In this document: in pieces, positions 1 to 9,743 of the stretch
How positions within the stretch are numbered: position 1 is the first letter of the stretch
Layout: the number at the start of each line of letters is the position of its first letter
Source of the DNA: a virus
Direction: 5' to 3' (one strand)
Virus record (IMG/VR): IMGVR_UViG_3300013233_000195
Span: 1 to 64,000 of that record
DNA: 64,000 nt
Made by a program: the position numbers and the translations under genes
Notes under the pieces: generated by a model
What the model was told of the DNA's origin: nothing
The model's database searches: none
Seen by the model: the letters and a program-made list of their open reading frames with translations, nothing else

Positions 1-39
1 CTATTGTAGTAAGAAGATAAGAGTATTGTATAACATTAT

Positions 40-72
40 ATTACACCTCCCCCCTTCGGGGGGAGGTGTAAT
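40..72. repeat. 15-bp perfect inverted repeat in an AT-rich tract
   Basis: ATTACACCTCCCCCC-TTC-GGGGGGAGGTGTAAT, flanked by AT-rich sequence; (CG)6 run at 144-155. Confidence 0.85.
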
Positions 73-222
73 TCTTATAAGAAATTACTATATTAGAGTA
101 TAGATAGTAGTTGTATATAGAGTATATATATTAACATATATAACGCGCGCGCGCGATCTAAGGTGGGAGAACTCTCCGAATGTAAAATCTCTGTAAAACG
201 GGCCGATCTGGGAAAAAATCCC

Positions 223-251
223 TTGACATGCCCAGTGAGGTGTGGTATGAT
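223..251 (+). promoter_or_regulatory. sigma70 promoter with extended -10
   Basis: TTGACA(223-228)-17 bp-TATGAT(246-251), with TGTGG just before the -10. Confidence 0.8.
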
Positions 252-307
252 TGCGGTGCCTGGAGAGAACCACCCCCGGCTCTCAGCAGGCTACCAAGAT
301 TTTCCCC

Positions 308-336
308 TTGACACCAGCGCCGATCTGTGGTAAGAT
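308..336 (+). promoter_or_regulatory. sigma70 promoter with extended -10
   Basis: TTGACA(308-313)-17 bp-TAAGAT(331-336), with TGTGG just before the -10. Confidence 0.75.
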
Positions 337-376
337 CGGGGCGTCAGTGAAAACTACCCAAAACCAGGAGGGACCA

Positions 377-736
377 ATGCCACGAGGTCGCAGACGACTG
401 CACCCACATGCACAAAATCTAGTGGATCAGCTACTGAGTGCAAATGAGAATTATGGGGTTTCCCGAGAATCATTCACCCGACAGAGAAATTGGCTAAGAA
501 ATAACCTTTCCGTAGCTTCCCGACTTCTGCGGATTGCTCCTCTTGCTGAGTGGGAGCAGGTTATCAATTACGCTTTTCGAGATCGGTTTTACCGGCAGGC
601 ATACACAAACCATCTGCTGGGGATTGAGCGGGTTCGGCTTGCTTGGCTGAAGAGATCTCCTCAGCCACGACCCTCTCGGAATCGGCCTAGCACAAGTCGT
701 CAACATGCTCTTCTTCATGTGCAAGGAGATCAATAA
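377..736 (+). CDS. hypothetical protein, possibly replication-initiation related
   Basis: In-frame ATG at 377 after AGGAGG; directly precedes the helicase loader. Confidence 0.55.
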   Translation: MPRGRRRLHPHAQNLVDQLLSANENYGVSRESFTRQRNWLRNNLSVASRLLRIAPLAEWEQVINYAFRDRFYRQAYTNHLLGIERVRLAWLKRSPQPRPSRNRPSTSRQHALLHVQGDQ

Positions 737-1370
737 CTTGTCCCGCAAAACAACAAACCAATACTTAGAACAGTGGGGCTTTCCTAAGAAGTTTATCAAA
801 AAACATTGGAGTGATGTTATTCCCGCTTTTCAGGAAGTTCGGAAACTTCTTGAAGACTATGCAACAAAATATCCAGAAACGAATCGAGGGCTTTTTCTTG
901 TCAGCAACACAAAGGGGCGGGGAAAGACCTTTTTTCTAACTTTACTTTGCCATGAACTTTTACAACAAAAGAAAATTAAAACCAAAATCACATTTGTAAA
1001 CGCTCTAGCTTTAGAAACAGAATTTCGGCGATGCTACGATCCAGATAGTTCTTTGCGAGAAAGTGAAATCCTAGAAAGTCTCCGAAGATCAGAAATTGTC
1101 GTTATTGATGATCTAGCTGCAAGAAATCCAAAAGAATGGATTGTTGTAAAGTTCTATGAGATCATCAATCAAATCTATGAGGATGAGAGAACTCTTTTTC
1201 TTGCATCCAATCATGATTTAGAAGAATTAGAAACTCAATGGAACTCTGTTGGTGATGAAAATATGGGCAGTCGTATTGTTGATCGCTTGTATGAGATGGT
1301 GGACATACTAGATTTGGGTGAAGGACGAAGCTACCGCCGGGAGGTTCCATGGGAGAAGAACAAGGACTAA
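705..1370 (+). CDS. DnaC/IstB-like AAA+ helicase loader
   Basis: Walker A-like TKGRGKT, Walker B IVVIDDL, ASN sensor, RIVDRLYEM; next to DnaB. Confidence 0.85.
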   Translation: MLFFMCKEINNLSRKTTNQYLEQWGFPKKFIKKHWSDVIPAFQEVRKLLEDYATKYPETNRGLFLVSNTKGRGKTFFLTLLCHELLQQKKIKTKITFVNALALETEFRRCYDPDSSLRESEILESLRRSEIVVIDDLAARNPKEWIVVKFYEIINQIYEDERTLFLASNHDLEELETQWNSVGDENMGSRIVDRLYEMVDILDLGEGRSYRREVPWEKNKD

Positions 1371-2710
1371 CTAACCGAGTCGCGGAGAGGGCTCTGTTAG
1401 GGGTTCTTCTCTCAAACTCACAATACTTTGACAGACTACTAATTTCTTTTGGAGATCAGGCCAGATTTCTTTTTGCGGAACCTGAGCATCAAGTTGTTTT
1501 TGAAGCGGCTCTAAAAGTTCTCAAGGAGGAGCAAGAACCCAACATAGTCTCTATTGGTGACAAGCTCGACCAACTAGGAGTTCTGGATAGCATTGGTGGT
1601 CTCCAAGTACTAGAAGAGCTTGTTCAAAATGCTTCTTGTGAAGAGAAAATTGAGCAGCTTCTATCCACATTGTCGGATGCAATGCAGAGGCGAGAAATTG
1701 TTGCCCATCTTCAGCAAGTTATCTCTCAAGCCGGTGCTGGTGGACTAGATGCAACTGCCTTAGTGAATCAAACAATTGACTCCCTGTGGTCCTTGAACTC
1801 ATTAGAGTCTGCTAATGGACCCACAATTATCTCTCCTGGAGAGATTTGGGAAGCTCGTAAAGAAGGGATTCGAGAACTCAGAAAGCAAAAGGTCTTCTCT
1901 TCCGGGTATGGACTTCTAGATCAGAAGCTACATCGACTGTTCTTTCCAGGAGGAATTACAATTCTTTGTGGAAGACCTGGAGTTGGAAAGTCTGCTTTCA
2001 AGGGACAGCTCTTGGAGAATCTGTGTTCATCGGGAGCCGGTGTAGTTTCATTTTGTTTGGAGCAAGATTTTCAAGCTGAGATGGATCGCAACGAAGCAAG
2101 ACTCTCAAATATACCCTTGAGTAACATTCCTCAGATTTGGATGAATGGTCAAACCGATCCCCGTTTTCAGCGGCTTAAGGAAGTTGCAAAGAGCCTAGAT
2201 GCTAAGTGGAACATTCACTATGTGGATAGTCGAGCGGTAAAAGTAGCAGACGTGAAAAGGCTAGTGTCTCTTGTGCAAAAAAAGTCTCAGGTTGATGTAG
2301 TTGCTCTTGATCTATTTGATCGCCTTCAGGATGTTCGAGAGGGAAGAAATCTAGCAGAGCGAATCACTCAGAAGCTACATGAGATTGCTCGCATAGCTCA
2401 AGAGTTAAAGGTCCATATGCTTCTTGTGGTTCAAGTGAATCGAGAAGCAGCTAAGAGAAAAGAGCACCGACCTACAATTGATACTCTCAAGTCCTCTGGG
2501 GGATATGAAGAAGCCGCCGATTTAATTCTTGCTCTCTATCGACCCTCATTTGACGATCCACACCTTGTGGAAGATATTACAGAAGTTCTTTGCCTGAAGC
2601 AAAGACATGGCCCTGACCACTGGAAAGTAAAGTTTGAAATGGATGACCAAACACTGAGATTTGTAGAGCTTGATCAGAAAGATGAAGAGGATGAAGATGG
2701 AGACGACTAA
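1349..2710 (+). CDS. dnaB: replicative DNA helicase, DnaB family
   Basis: N-terminal AERALLGVLL, GRPGVGKS, VVQVNRE, LKSSGGYEEAADLILALYR, KQRHG. Confidence 0.92.
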   Translation: MGEEQGLTNRVAERALLGVLLSNSQYFDRLLISFGDQARFLFAEPEHQVVFEAALKVLKEEQEPNIVSIGDKLDQLGVLDSIGGLQVLEELVQNASCEEKIEQLLSTLSDAMQRREIVAHLQQVISQAGAGGLDATALVNQTIDSLWSLNSLESANGPTIISPGEIWEARKEGIRELRKQKVFSSGYGLLDQKLHRLFFPGGITILCGRPGVGKSAFKGQLLENLCSSGAGVVSFCLEQDFQAEMDRNEARLSNIPLSNIPQIWMNGQTDPRFQRLKEVAKSLDAKWNIHYVDSRAVKVADVKRLVSLVQKKSQVDVVALDLFDRLQDVREGRNLAERITQKLHEIARIAQELKVHMLLVVQVNREAAKRKEHRPTIDTLKSSGGYEEAADLILALYRPSFDDPHLVEDITEVLCLKQRHGPDHWKVKFEMDDQTLRFVELDQKDEEDEDGDD

Positions 2711-3290
2711 GCTGACCAAGAGAGAAATCATTCGCATCTTTCGAAATACAGATGTTCAAGCCCTGTGGGAAAGAAAGAAGCGGGGGCAAGCACTTGGGTT
2801 TGATGCTTGTACTTTGGCAGCGTCATCTCAAGAGTCCCTTCACTATGACTGTCCGTTCCTGCTTGAGACTAAAGTATCTTGGACGACCTTTCCCTTCTGT
2901 CTCTTTCCCCCAAATGTAAAACAATGTCACCCAAAAGATCCAGCCCACTCCTACCCAGTTCTAACTGGTTGTGGTTCATGTATAGTTTCAATGAAGAGGG
3001 TAACTTATGAAGATGTTAAAATGGAGCGCCCGCTCCCAACCATCACACTCAGGCGAACTAGAAGAGCCCACCCAACAAGGGAAGCAGAAGAGGTCGAGAA
3101 GCCTTCTCAGCCTACAGGAAAGCCCCGGCGAAGTAGGTCTTCTTCAGACAATGCCCCAGCGAAGAAAAGAACGCGAAGAAAAAAGGCTGCGAAAGAAGCT
3201 AAAGCACCTACTAAGACTAAGGGGAAGCGCCGGTCTTCGAGAGTACGCCAAGACGCGACTCTCTCTGGATTTCTCAAGCTCCTTAGATGA
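2670..3290 (+). CDS. hypothetical protein with Cys-rich N-half and basic low-complexity tail
   Basis: ORF track; probable start at 2697 overlapping the dnaB end. Confidence 0.6.
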   Translation: MIRKMKRMKMETTKLTKREIIRIFRNTDVQALWERKKRGQALGFDACTLAASSQESLHYDCPFLLETKVSWTTFPFCLFPPNVKQCHPKDPAHSYPVLTGCGSCIVSMKRVTYEDVKMERPLPTITLRRTRRAHPTREAEEVEKPSQPTGKPRRSRSSSDNAPAKKRTRRKKAAKEAKAPTKTKGKRRSSRVRQDATLSGFLKLLR

Positions 3291-4071
3291 TGATACAATC
3301 ATTGAAAGTATTATCGTGGAGTATCTCACAAGTGAGGAAACTCGTACCTTTGAAAAGATCTTACTTACTGAGAGACAAAAGGAACTCAAAGAAGATCTTG
3401 ATAAGATTCGATTCACACTAACTGGAGCTTTTGGAAGACAAACTCTAGCAGGGGTTGTAAACTCTCGGCGCTACCAAGAGTTTTTAGAAGAGGACTGTAC
3501 TCGATTTGTCCAAGATGTTGTTAGCGCACATTGGCATCTGGGACTTAGAATCCAGCAGTTGTTTGAGCAGATACCTTATCGTCTCTATCCAGACCTACTC
3601 AAAAAAATTGCTGAGTTCACACACGTTCCAGCAACGCGAGTAAAATATATGCGGATCTTCTATCGAGCAGATCCAGAAGGAAAGCTCCTCACATCGAATC
3701 TTACATGGGATCGTATTGCAAACATTCTTTCATTGCTGTATAATCCAGTAGTTCGTGCCTGGATATTCCAACACTCTAAGAAACTTGCAAAGATGGATAA
3801 AGAGACTTGGGCAAGGTGGCTAGACAATCAGTATGGAGCGAAGAGATCACACAGGAATAGAGTGCCCAATAGATATGCTGTTGATCTCTTTCCAGAGGAG
3901 AGAGCAACTCTAGCAAGACTTGTTCAAGCTAGAAGAAAGGCCAAGGAGTTAAGACAGATTCTTGAAGACTTGGGAAAGAAGAACGAGATTGAGTATTTGA
4001 GCGATGTTGAAGAGTTTACAACCTTAAGGAGACTTCTAGGTGCTGAAGAAACAGATACTACCACTTCTTAA
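3007..4071 (+). CDS. hypothetical protein
   Basis: Long ORF between helicase and polymerase; probable start ATG 3151. Confidence 0.7.
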   Translation: MKMLKWSARSQPSHSGELEEPTQQGKQKRSRSLLSLQESPGEVGLLQTMPQRRKEREEKRLRKKLKHLLRLRGSAGLREYAKTRLSLDFSSSLDDDTIIESIIVEYLTSEETRTFEKILLTERQKELKEDLDKIRFTLTGAFGRQTLAGVVNSRRYQEFLEEDCTRFVQDVVSAHWHLGLRIQQLFEQIPYRLYPDLLKKIAEFTHVPATRVKYMRIFYRADPEGKLLTSNLTWDRIANILSLLYNPVVRAWIFQHSKKLAKMDKETWARWLDNQYGAKRSHRNRVPNRYAVDLFPEERATLARLVQARRKAKELRQILEDLGKKNEIEYLSDVEEFTTLRRLLGAEETDTTTS

Positions 4072-6709
4072 ACTGGTTAAAGAGCGCAAGATTCCAGCAA
4101 CGCGATTAGTTTATGCACTAGATAGAACTCCTCCAGAAGAGGTCTTTGCTTATGAGCAAAATTCCTGGGAAAAGCGAGTAGTTACTGGAAAGCTGACCGT
4201 CGAGGAGTTGACGCATCGCCCCCTGTGTGAACTCTGTCCTTTAGAGCGCTTCCACCGTGCCCGAGTTCGACCTGTGGGCTCACCCGAGGCATCCGTGCTC
4301 CTGGTGGGAGAAGCTCCTGGCTATGAGGAGAATAAGCAGGGGGTTCCTTTTGTTGGTAAGAGTGGGAAGGTGTTAAGACAACTTCTCAAGAAGGTGGGAT
4401 ATACAAAGAAGACTAGCCGAATTGCCAATACTGTCCTGTGTCGTCCTCCCGAGAACCGAGAGCCCACAAAGCAAGAACGGTTGTGCTGCTTGCCCTACTT
4501 CATTAGAACCATCAGTGAGATGCCAAATCTTACTTGTATTGTGCCCCTTGGAAATACAGCCCTACAAACTATTTCGGGAAGTACGGGGATTTCATCAAAG
4601 CGTGGACAGATTCTCAAGAGCAAGTGGGGACCGGCATGCCTTCCTACATATCACCCCGCTTATGCACTACGAAATCCCTCAGCCTTGCAAGATATTGAGG
4701 CAGACATTAGCTATGTCAAAAACAATCTACAGGTCCAGCAGTCTTTGGACTACAGAGTTGTTACAACAGAAGAAGACCTTCGGACTGTCTTTGAGGAAAT
4801 CAAGCAGGCAAAACTTCTAGCTTTCGATGTTGAGACTACAGGGGTCTCTTTCTTTAGAGACACTGTAATTGGCATCTCATTCTCCTGGGCTAGAGAGCAG
4901 GGAATATACATCCCACTCTTTAAGTCTAAGCAAAATGAGTTAGATCCACTAGTGCCCTTTTGGGGGCCAATCCTTGATGACTTTGTTAGAACTAACTTAC
5001 GACACATCCTAGAGAGCCCTGTGCCGAAAGCTGCTCACAATGGGAAGTTCGATGTTCTCTTTTGTAAGCACAGTCTCGGTATTGAGGTGCAGAACTTTGT
5101 GTTTGATACGATGCTTGCTGACCATCTTCTTAGTGAGAACACAAGGCATAGCTTAGATGCTCTATCTCTCCGGTATCCTATTCGGGGGTATAAGAGAAAG
5201 ATTCAAGAGGCCCTTGGAATTGGAAAGACGGACAATCAAATAGGTTATGAGGGGTTACCCCTAGAGTCTATTGGTCCCTATGGCTGTGCTGACGCAGACC
5301 TAACTTTCCGTCTTGCTCAAGATGAGCAGATTGCTCTTGAGAAAGAGGGATTGCTTGACATCTTTAATAACTTTGTTATGCCCTTCCAACAGTTCTTAAT
5401 GCATATTGAGGAGAGAGGAATCCTTACCAATGCTGACGCTATAGAGGTTGCCCGAGAGCAACTAACAGTAGAAGTTGCAGACCATTTACAGAAAGTACGA
5501 GAGGTTGCTGGAGACATCAATCTTAGATCACCTAAGCAGCTTCGTGCCCTCCTTTATGACCAACTTCATCTACAGAAGTATTTAGATCCCACAGTAAATG
5601 TGACTAAGAAAACACAGCAATGGAGCACTGATAGAGCTACATTAACAGTATTGGAGCCCCATCATCCAGTTATCAGTAGCATCTTGGCTTATAGTAAAGT
5701 TAATAAGCTACTAACAACGTACATTAATCCTCTGGAGAAGCTCCGAGATGAGGAGGGACGTATTCATCCAAACTTCCTTGTTCATGGGACAGTCTCAGGA
5801 AGGATCTCCTGTAAGAACCCCAATCTTATGAACATTCCAAAGAGTGCTCTCATTCGGGACATCTACATACCTTCACCTGGATACAAGTTTATTGAAGTAG
5901 ACTACCACCAAATGGAGTTTCGGATCTTAGCTTGGCTAAGTCAAGATCCTGGCCTTGCTGAAGTGATTGCTCAGGATGAGGACATCCACTCTAGCATGGC
6001 TTCCATGCTATTTTATGGAAAGCCGGGACACGAAGTGACGAAGGAGCAGAGGTTTACGGGTAAGAGCCTTGTGTTTGCTTTCTGCTACAATGGTACTCCA
6101 GAGGGTCTAGCTCATGGAGTGTTCCGAGAGCACGATGTGGGTAGGCTCAAAACTTGCCACCGTTGGTTCTTTAAGCGCTTTAGCACATTGAAGAGTTGGG
6201 TTGGAAAGACTGTTAATGAGATTGAGAGAAATCTTGGTTACACTAATCCCTTTGGAAGGAGAAGACATCTGCCTCAGATTGCCTATCTTAAGAGCAGTGG
6301 TGAGGACGAATACCAGGTACAGGCAGAGTTGGCTGCTCAGGTGAGAGTCGCTCTCAATAATCTTGTGCAGGGAACGTCTGCTGACTTTGTCCACCGGGCT
6401 CTTATGCGGGGCACAGAGCATGTGAAGAAGAAGTTTGGTGATGATAGCTTCTTTGCTCTGGACACAGTGCATGATTCGGGTTTGTTTGAAGTTCAAGAAA
6501 AGTTGATTGATGATGTCTTTGATTTTCTTACAGAGGACTTGGTAGTTCCCATCGACCCTATTGATATACCAGTAGCAATTGATGCAAAGATTCTCAATAA
6601 GTGGGGAGACCCATATAGGGAGGAAGAAAATGGCACAGGTGGGAGTACAGGATCTGACGCAGAAGAGGCAACTAATTCCCAAACCTCTATGTCTGGAGAA
6701 GGAAATTGA
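4040..6709 (+). CDS. family A DNA polymerase with N-terminal family-4-type uracil-DNA glycosylase domain and 3'-5' exonuclease
   Basis: CELCPL, VGEAPGYEE, PFVGKSG, LCRPPENR, TYHPAY (UDG); FDVETTG, HNGKFD (exo); DYHQME, KSLVFAFCY, VHDS (pol motifs A/B/C). Confidence 0.93.
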   Translation: MLKKQILPLLKLVKERKIPATRLVYALDRTPPEEVFAYEQNSWEKRVVTGKLTVEELTHRPLCELCPLERFHRARVRPVGSPEASVLLVGEAPGYEENKQGVPFVGKSGKVLRQLLKKVGYTKKTSRIANTVLCRPPENREPTKQERLCCLPYFIRTISEMPNLTCIVPLGNTALQTISGSTGISSKRGQILKSKWGPACLPTYHPAYALRNPSALQDIEADISYVKNNLQVQQSLDYRVVTTEEDLRTVFEEIKQAKLLAFDVETTGVSFFRDTVIGISFSWAREQGIYIPLFKSKQNELDPLVPFWGPILDDFVRTNLRHILESPVPKAAHNGKFDVLFCKHSLGIEVQNFVFDTMLADHLLSENTRHSLDALSLRYPIRGYKRKIQEALGIGKTDNQIGYEGLPLESIGPYGCADADLTFRLAQDEQIALEKEGLLDIFNNFVMPFQQFLMHIEERGILTNADAIEVAREQLTVEVADHLQKVREVAGDINLRSPKQLRALLYDQLHLQKYLDPTVNVTKKTQQWSTDRATLTVLEPHHPVISSILAYSKVNKLLTTYINPLEKLRDEEGRIHPNFLVHGTVSGRISCKNPNLMNIPKSALIRDIYIPSPGYKFIEVDYHQMEFRILAWLSQDPGLAEVIAQDEDIHSSMASMLFYGKPGHEVTKEQRFTGKSLVFAFCYNGTPEGLAHGVFREHDVGRLKTCHRWFFKRFSTLKSWVGKTVNEIERNLGYTNPFGRRRHLPQIAYLKSSGEDEYQVQAELAAQVRVALNNLVQGTSADFVHRALMRGTEHVKKKFGDDSFFALDTVHDSGLFEVQEKLIDDVFDFLTEDLVVPIDPIDIPVAIDAKILNKWGDPYREEENGTGGSTGSDAEEATNSQTSMSGEGN

Positions 6710-7226
6710 TGAATCCTTTTGTCAGGTTGATGTTGAAATTGACGGGAAAAGATTATTTATCAATGCTCAGGATCTATTACGACTTGATCCAGATGGTATG
6801 GGTGATGATGAGATTACTGCCCAGCTAGAGGCAATCGACGCACTCAAGTTCTCTGTGGGGAGTGCGTACCTCCGTGTTCAGCGGCTGAGAAAAGAACTTG
6901 ACAAATCCAACGAGCTGTGGTATGATACTAGAATGAGAGAGGCCAAGGAGCTTTTGCTCTCGGGGGCTCTGAGGATGGTTGAGGAAAAAAAGATTACGAA
7001 GAGTAGTCTGAGCACCTTTGTCACGAAGCAAGATGTGATTAGCTTTGTGGCTCTTCACAGCAGAGAAGAACTCCTAGATCGGCAACGTAAGTTGTGGGAT
7101 CTAGAGGAAGATGAGAAGCTGTTAGCTATGCTACGGGAGGATCTCCATAGCCGAGGGATCAACCTACATGGGATTATCAAGATGCGGCTGGAGCGAGACC
7201 CCTTCCGCATCAGAAATAGTGCTTGA
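6579..7226 (+). CDS. hypothetical helical protein (UvsY-like mediator possible)
   Basis: Coiled-coil-like sequence; in the replication/recombination block; function is a guess. Confidence 0.55.
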   Translation: MMQRFSISGETHIGRKKMAQVGVQDLTQKRQLIPKPLCLEKEIDESFCQVDVEIDGKRLFINAQDLLRLDPDGMGDDEITAQLEAIDALKFSVGSAYLRVQRLRKELDKSNELWYDTRMREAKELLLSGALRMVEEKKITKSSLSTFVTKQDVISFVALHSREELLDRQRKLWDLEEDEKLLAMLREDLHSRGINLHGIIKMRLERDPFRIRNSA

Positions 7227-7251
7227 CAAAGCCCGCTCGATGTGGTAGAAT
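7223..7251 (+). promoter_or_regulatory. sigma70 promoter with extended -10
   Basis: TTGACA-17 bp-TAGAAT preceded by TGTGG. Confidence 0.8.
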
Positions 7252-7263
7252 ACTGGAGGACGG

Positions 7264-8601
7264 ATGAAGATACCTGGTGTAGTAATCTCAAAAAAGCAAG
7301 AAAGGCCCATTCTTGCACTAAATATGATAGTAAGAAATGAGGCGGAGAATCTTCAAGACATTCTTCCTCCCATTGCTCACTTCTTTGATGAGGTTGTCAT
7401 AGTTGATACCGGCTGCACAGACAACTCCAAGGAAGTTGTAGAAAGCTGTATTAAGCAGGCAGATAGGCTGCGTAAGGAGGAAGGGGAACCACCAATCCAG
7501 CTTGTGTGGGTTGAAGATCCTTGGCACAAGGACTTTTCTAGGCCAAGAAATGTTGCCATTCAGAACACAACAGCATACTTAATCTTCGTACTGGATGCAG
7601 ACCATCGAATCTTACGCCAGGATATGAAGAGAGTTAGAAAACGAGCACTTGATGCTGTCACAAATAATACTTGGGAAAAGGGTACATATATATTTCCAAT
7701 GGTAGATATGGATGTTACTCCATTTCCACGAGATATTAAACCCCTTCTACTTATGTTTCCTAACCGACCTTCTATAAAGTGGGAGTCACGAATTCACGAA
7801 ACACTATCAGCCAGCGTCTCCCGCCTGGGAGATGTTGTGCTCTACAAGGTCAATGACATTCCCATCAGACATCTTGGGTACACAACTCCGCAAGCAGTGG
7901 TTCAGAAGTCTCTTCGGAACAGAGAGTTGGTTCAAGCAGAGTATGAGGAAAATCCCAATAAGATAACCCTTCTATACTATCTCATCCGTGGTTACTTGAA
8001 TGAGGGGGATCTTGAGGGGGTCCAACGGTGGACTAATGAACTATTTGAAGTTCTTAAGAAGGATGAATATGAGGACACTTCTACAGGTTCTCTGATGTAC
8101 TCCAGGGACCAAAATGCTCTGGATTTAGAGAAGTATGCGTATGAAGCACTGATAACAACGCTAACAAAGGGGGAGGAGGGAAAATGCTATGAGGCTCTAG
8201 CACTTGCAAATGAGGGCCTATCTAAGTGGCCCGATGATACTCGCTTCTGCTTCTTCCGTGGAGTTGTCTACTTGAATCTACGGAAGCTGAAGGAAGCAGA
8301 ACAGGATCTTCTCATTTGCCTTGAACAAGGCTTCAAACCTCAACGATATGATGTATCAACAGCATCTCGTATGTTTGATACCTTACGGTTCTTAGGGGAC
8401 ATTGCTGCCCTTCAGGGTGATGATGAAAAGAGGGATCGTTGCCGAGAGGAAGCTCTCAAACAGCTTCCAAAGCCTGCTCGAAGATTTATCCATTTTGAAG
8501 ATAATCTCCCAGCAAAGGGAACCAATCGGATTAATCAACGAGAGTTTCTAAAGGGTGTAGAGAACACACCTAATCAAGCCAAATCAATATCCACACAGTA
8601 A
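7264..8601 (+). CDS. GT2-family glycosyltransferase with C-terminal TPR-like repeats
   Basis: MIVRNEAENL, VIVDTGCTDNS, DFSRPRN, LDAD, IHE, HLGY; helical TPR-like C-half. Confidence 0.88.
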   Translation: MKIPGVVISKKQERPILALNMIVRNEAENLQDILPPIAHFFDEVVIVDTGCTDNSKEVVESCIKQADRLRKEEGEPPIQLVWVEDPWHKDFSRPRNVAIQNTTAYLIFVLDADHRILRQDMKRVRKRALDAVTNNTWEKGTYIFPMVDMDVTPFPRDIKPLLLMFPNRPSIKWESRIHETLSASVSRLGDVVLYKVNDIPIRHLGYTTPQAVVQKSLRNRELVQAEYEENPNKITLLYYLIRGYLNEGDLEGVQRWTNELFEVLKKDEYEDTSTGSLMYSRDQNALDLEKYAYEALITTLTKGEEGKCYEALALANEGLSKWPDDTRFCFFRGVVYLNLRKLKEAEQDLLICLEQGFKPQRYDVSTASRMFDTLRFLGDIAALQGDDEKRDRCREEALKQLPKPARRFIHFEDNLPAKGTNRINQREFLKGVENTPNQAKSISTQ

Positions 8602-8614
8602 AAGGAGAATAAAA

Positions 8615-9688
8615 ATGGCACAAGTTTGTGGTACGACCGTATCGACTCCACCCAAGGAGAACTCTAACTTTCCTAGTAAGGAGGACTTTCTAACATTTTC
8701 TGAAGAGGATACGACCTATCGCTTTCGGGTTTTCAACGGGGGACTCTTGCAGGGTTCTCTGTTCTACCCCACTCTAGTAAGTGGCGACGATGGCGAGCCT
8801 CGACAGACTACTAGAGTTTGTAAGGTTCCTGTAGACCTTTATGGGAATTGCACAAACTTTCTTGATTCCCTCATCAGTCTGGACATGGATATTGCGTCAT
8901 CCGCAGGAGAGAATCTAACATCTCAGCTAAAACCATCTAGAAAGTGGCTGTATCTTGCTCTTGATAAGCAGTATGCCGGGCGTAAGGGCTATGCCCCCCG
9001 AGTTGTGGTCATTCAAGCAACTTGGACGCTTCAAGACTTCATTGAAAAGCGAACTACGGAAGTAGACCCAGAGAATCCAGAGATGCTTGCTAATGGTCCC
9101 GCTTTCTCTTTTGACATTCTAATGACCAAGACAGTTCGGAAGGATCTTGGCAAGAGGTTTGGTACTAGTTATAGCCCACGACTCTATCAGAAGGCCACAG
9201 ACAGTCCCGGACAGTATCCGATTATGTATGACCTTGATAGTGTGGACCTAACCCAGCACTTTACAGAGGCTGAATTGCGGGCTATTGAGGAGTGCCCCTG
9301 GGATCTTGAGAAGATGGCACAGGCTCTCTCAGAGGATGAGACCCGAGAAGTCTTCCAGAAGTATCCACTCTTTCTGGGGGCTGTAAACTTCTCTTCCTCA
9401 AAGAGACTACCGATTTTCCGAGATCCCAAGTCTCTCGTTGAAACCCTTGATGCTCTAGACATTACATACGTCATGTCTAAGGAGGACTTTGTGCCTACTA
9501 GTGATGAGGATAAGCAAAAGGTGACTCAGGCTCGTACTGTGTCCCTTCCAATCTCTCGTCGTCGAGCTAAGAAGGTAGTCAACGATGACCTAGAAGACGC
9601 GGAGGAGACACCTTCGTCGTCCGCAGAGCCCACCCCGCAAGGTGAACCAAAGGCTGCTGCAAACGCTGATGATGACGAATGGAGCTAA
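8615..9688 (+). CDS. putative single-stranded DNA-binding protein
   Basis: Acidic tail ending DDDEWS, strong RBS, directly upstream of RecA. Confidence 0.65.
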   Translation: MAQVCGTTVSTPPKENSNFPSKEDFLTFSEEDTTYRFRVFNGGLLQGSLFYPTLVSGDDGEPRQTTRVCKVPVDLYGNCTNFLDSLISLDMDIASSAGENLTSQLKPSRKWLYLALDKQYAGRKGYAPRVVVIQATWTLQDFIEKRTTEVDPENPEMLANGPAFSFDILMTKTVRKDLGKRFGTSYSPRLYQKATDSPGQYPIMYDLDSVDLTQHFTEAELRAIEECPWDLEKMAQALSEDETREVFQKYPLFLGAVNFSSSKRLPIFRDPKSLVETLDALDITYVMSKEDFVPTSDEDKQKVTQARTVSLPISRRRAKKVVNDDLEDAEETPSSSAEPTPQGEPKAAANADDDEWS

Positions 9689-9704
9689 GTTAGTCCTCTG
9701 CTCT

Positions 9705-9728
9705 GGAGGGGGGCAAGTGCCCCCCTCC
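9705..9728 (+). terminator. GC-rich stem-loop after SSB gene
   Basis: GGAGGGGGGC-AAGT-GCCCCCCTCC; short T tract. Confidence 0.6.
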
Positions 9729-9743
9729 TTCTAGGAGACTTAG

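Noticed and set aside
4040-6709. Uracil- or Z-substituted genome
   Set aside because: UDG domain plus ThyX argue against dU-DNA; no PurZ is visible in the window
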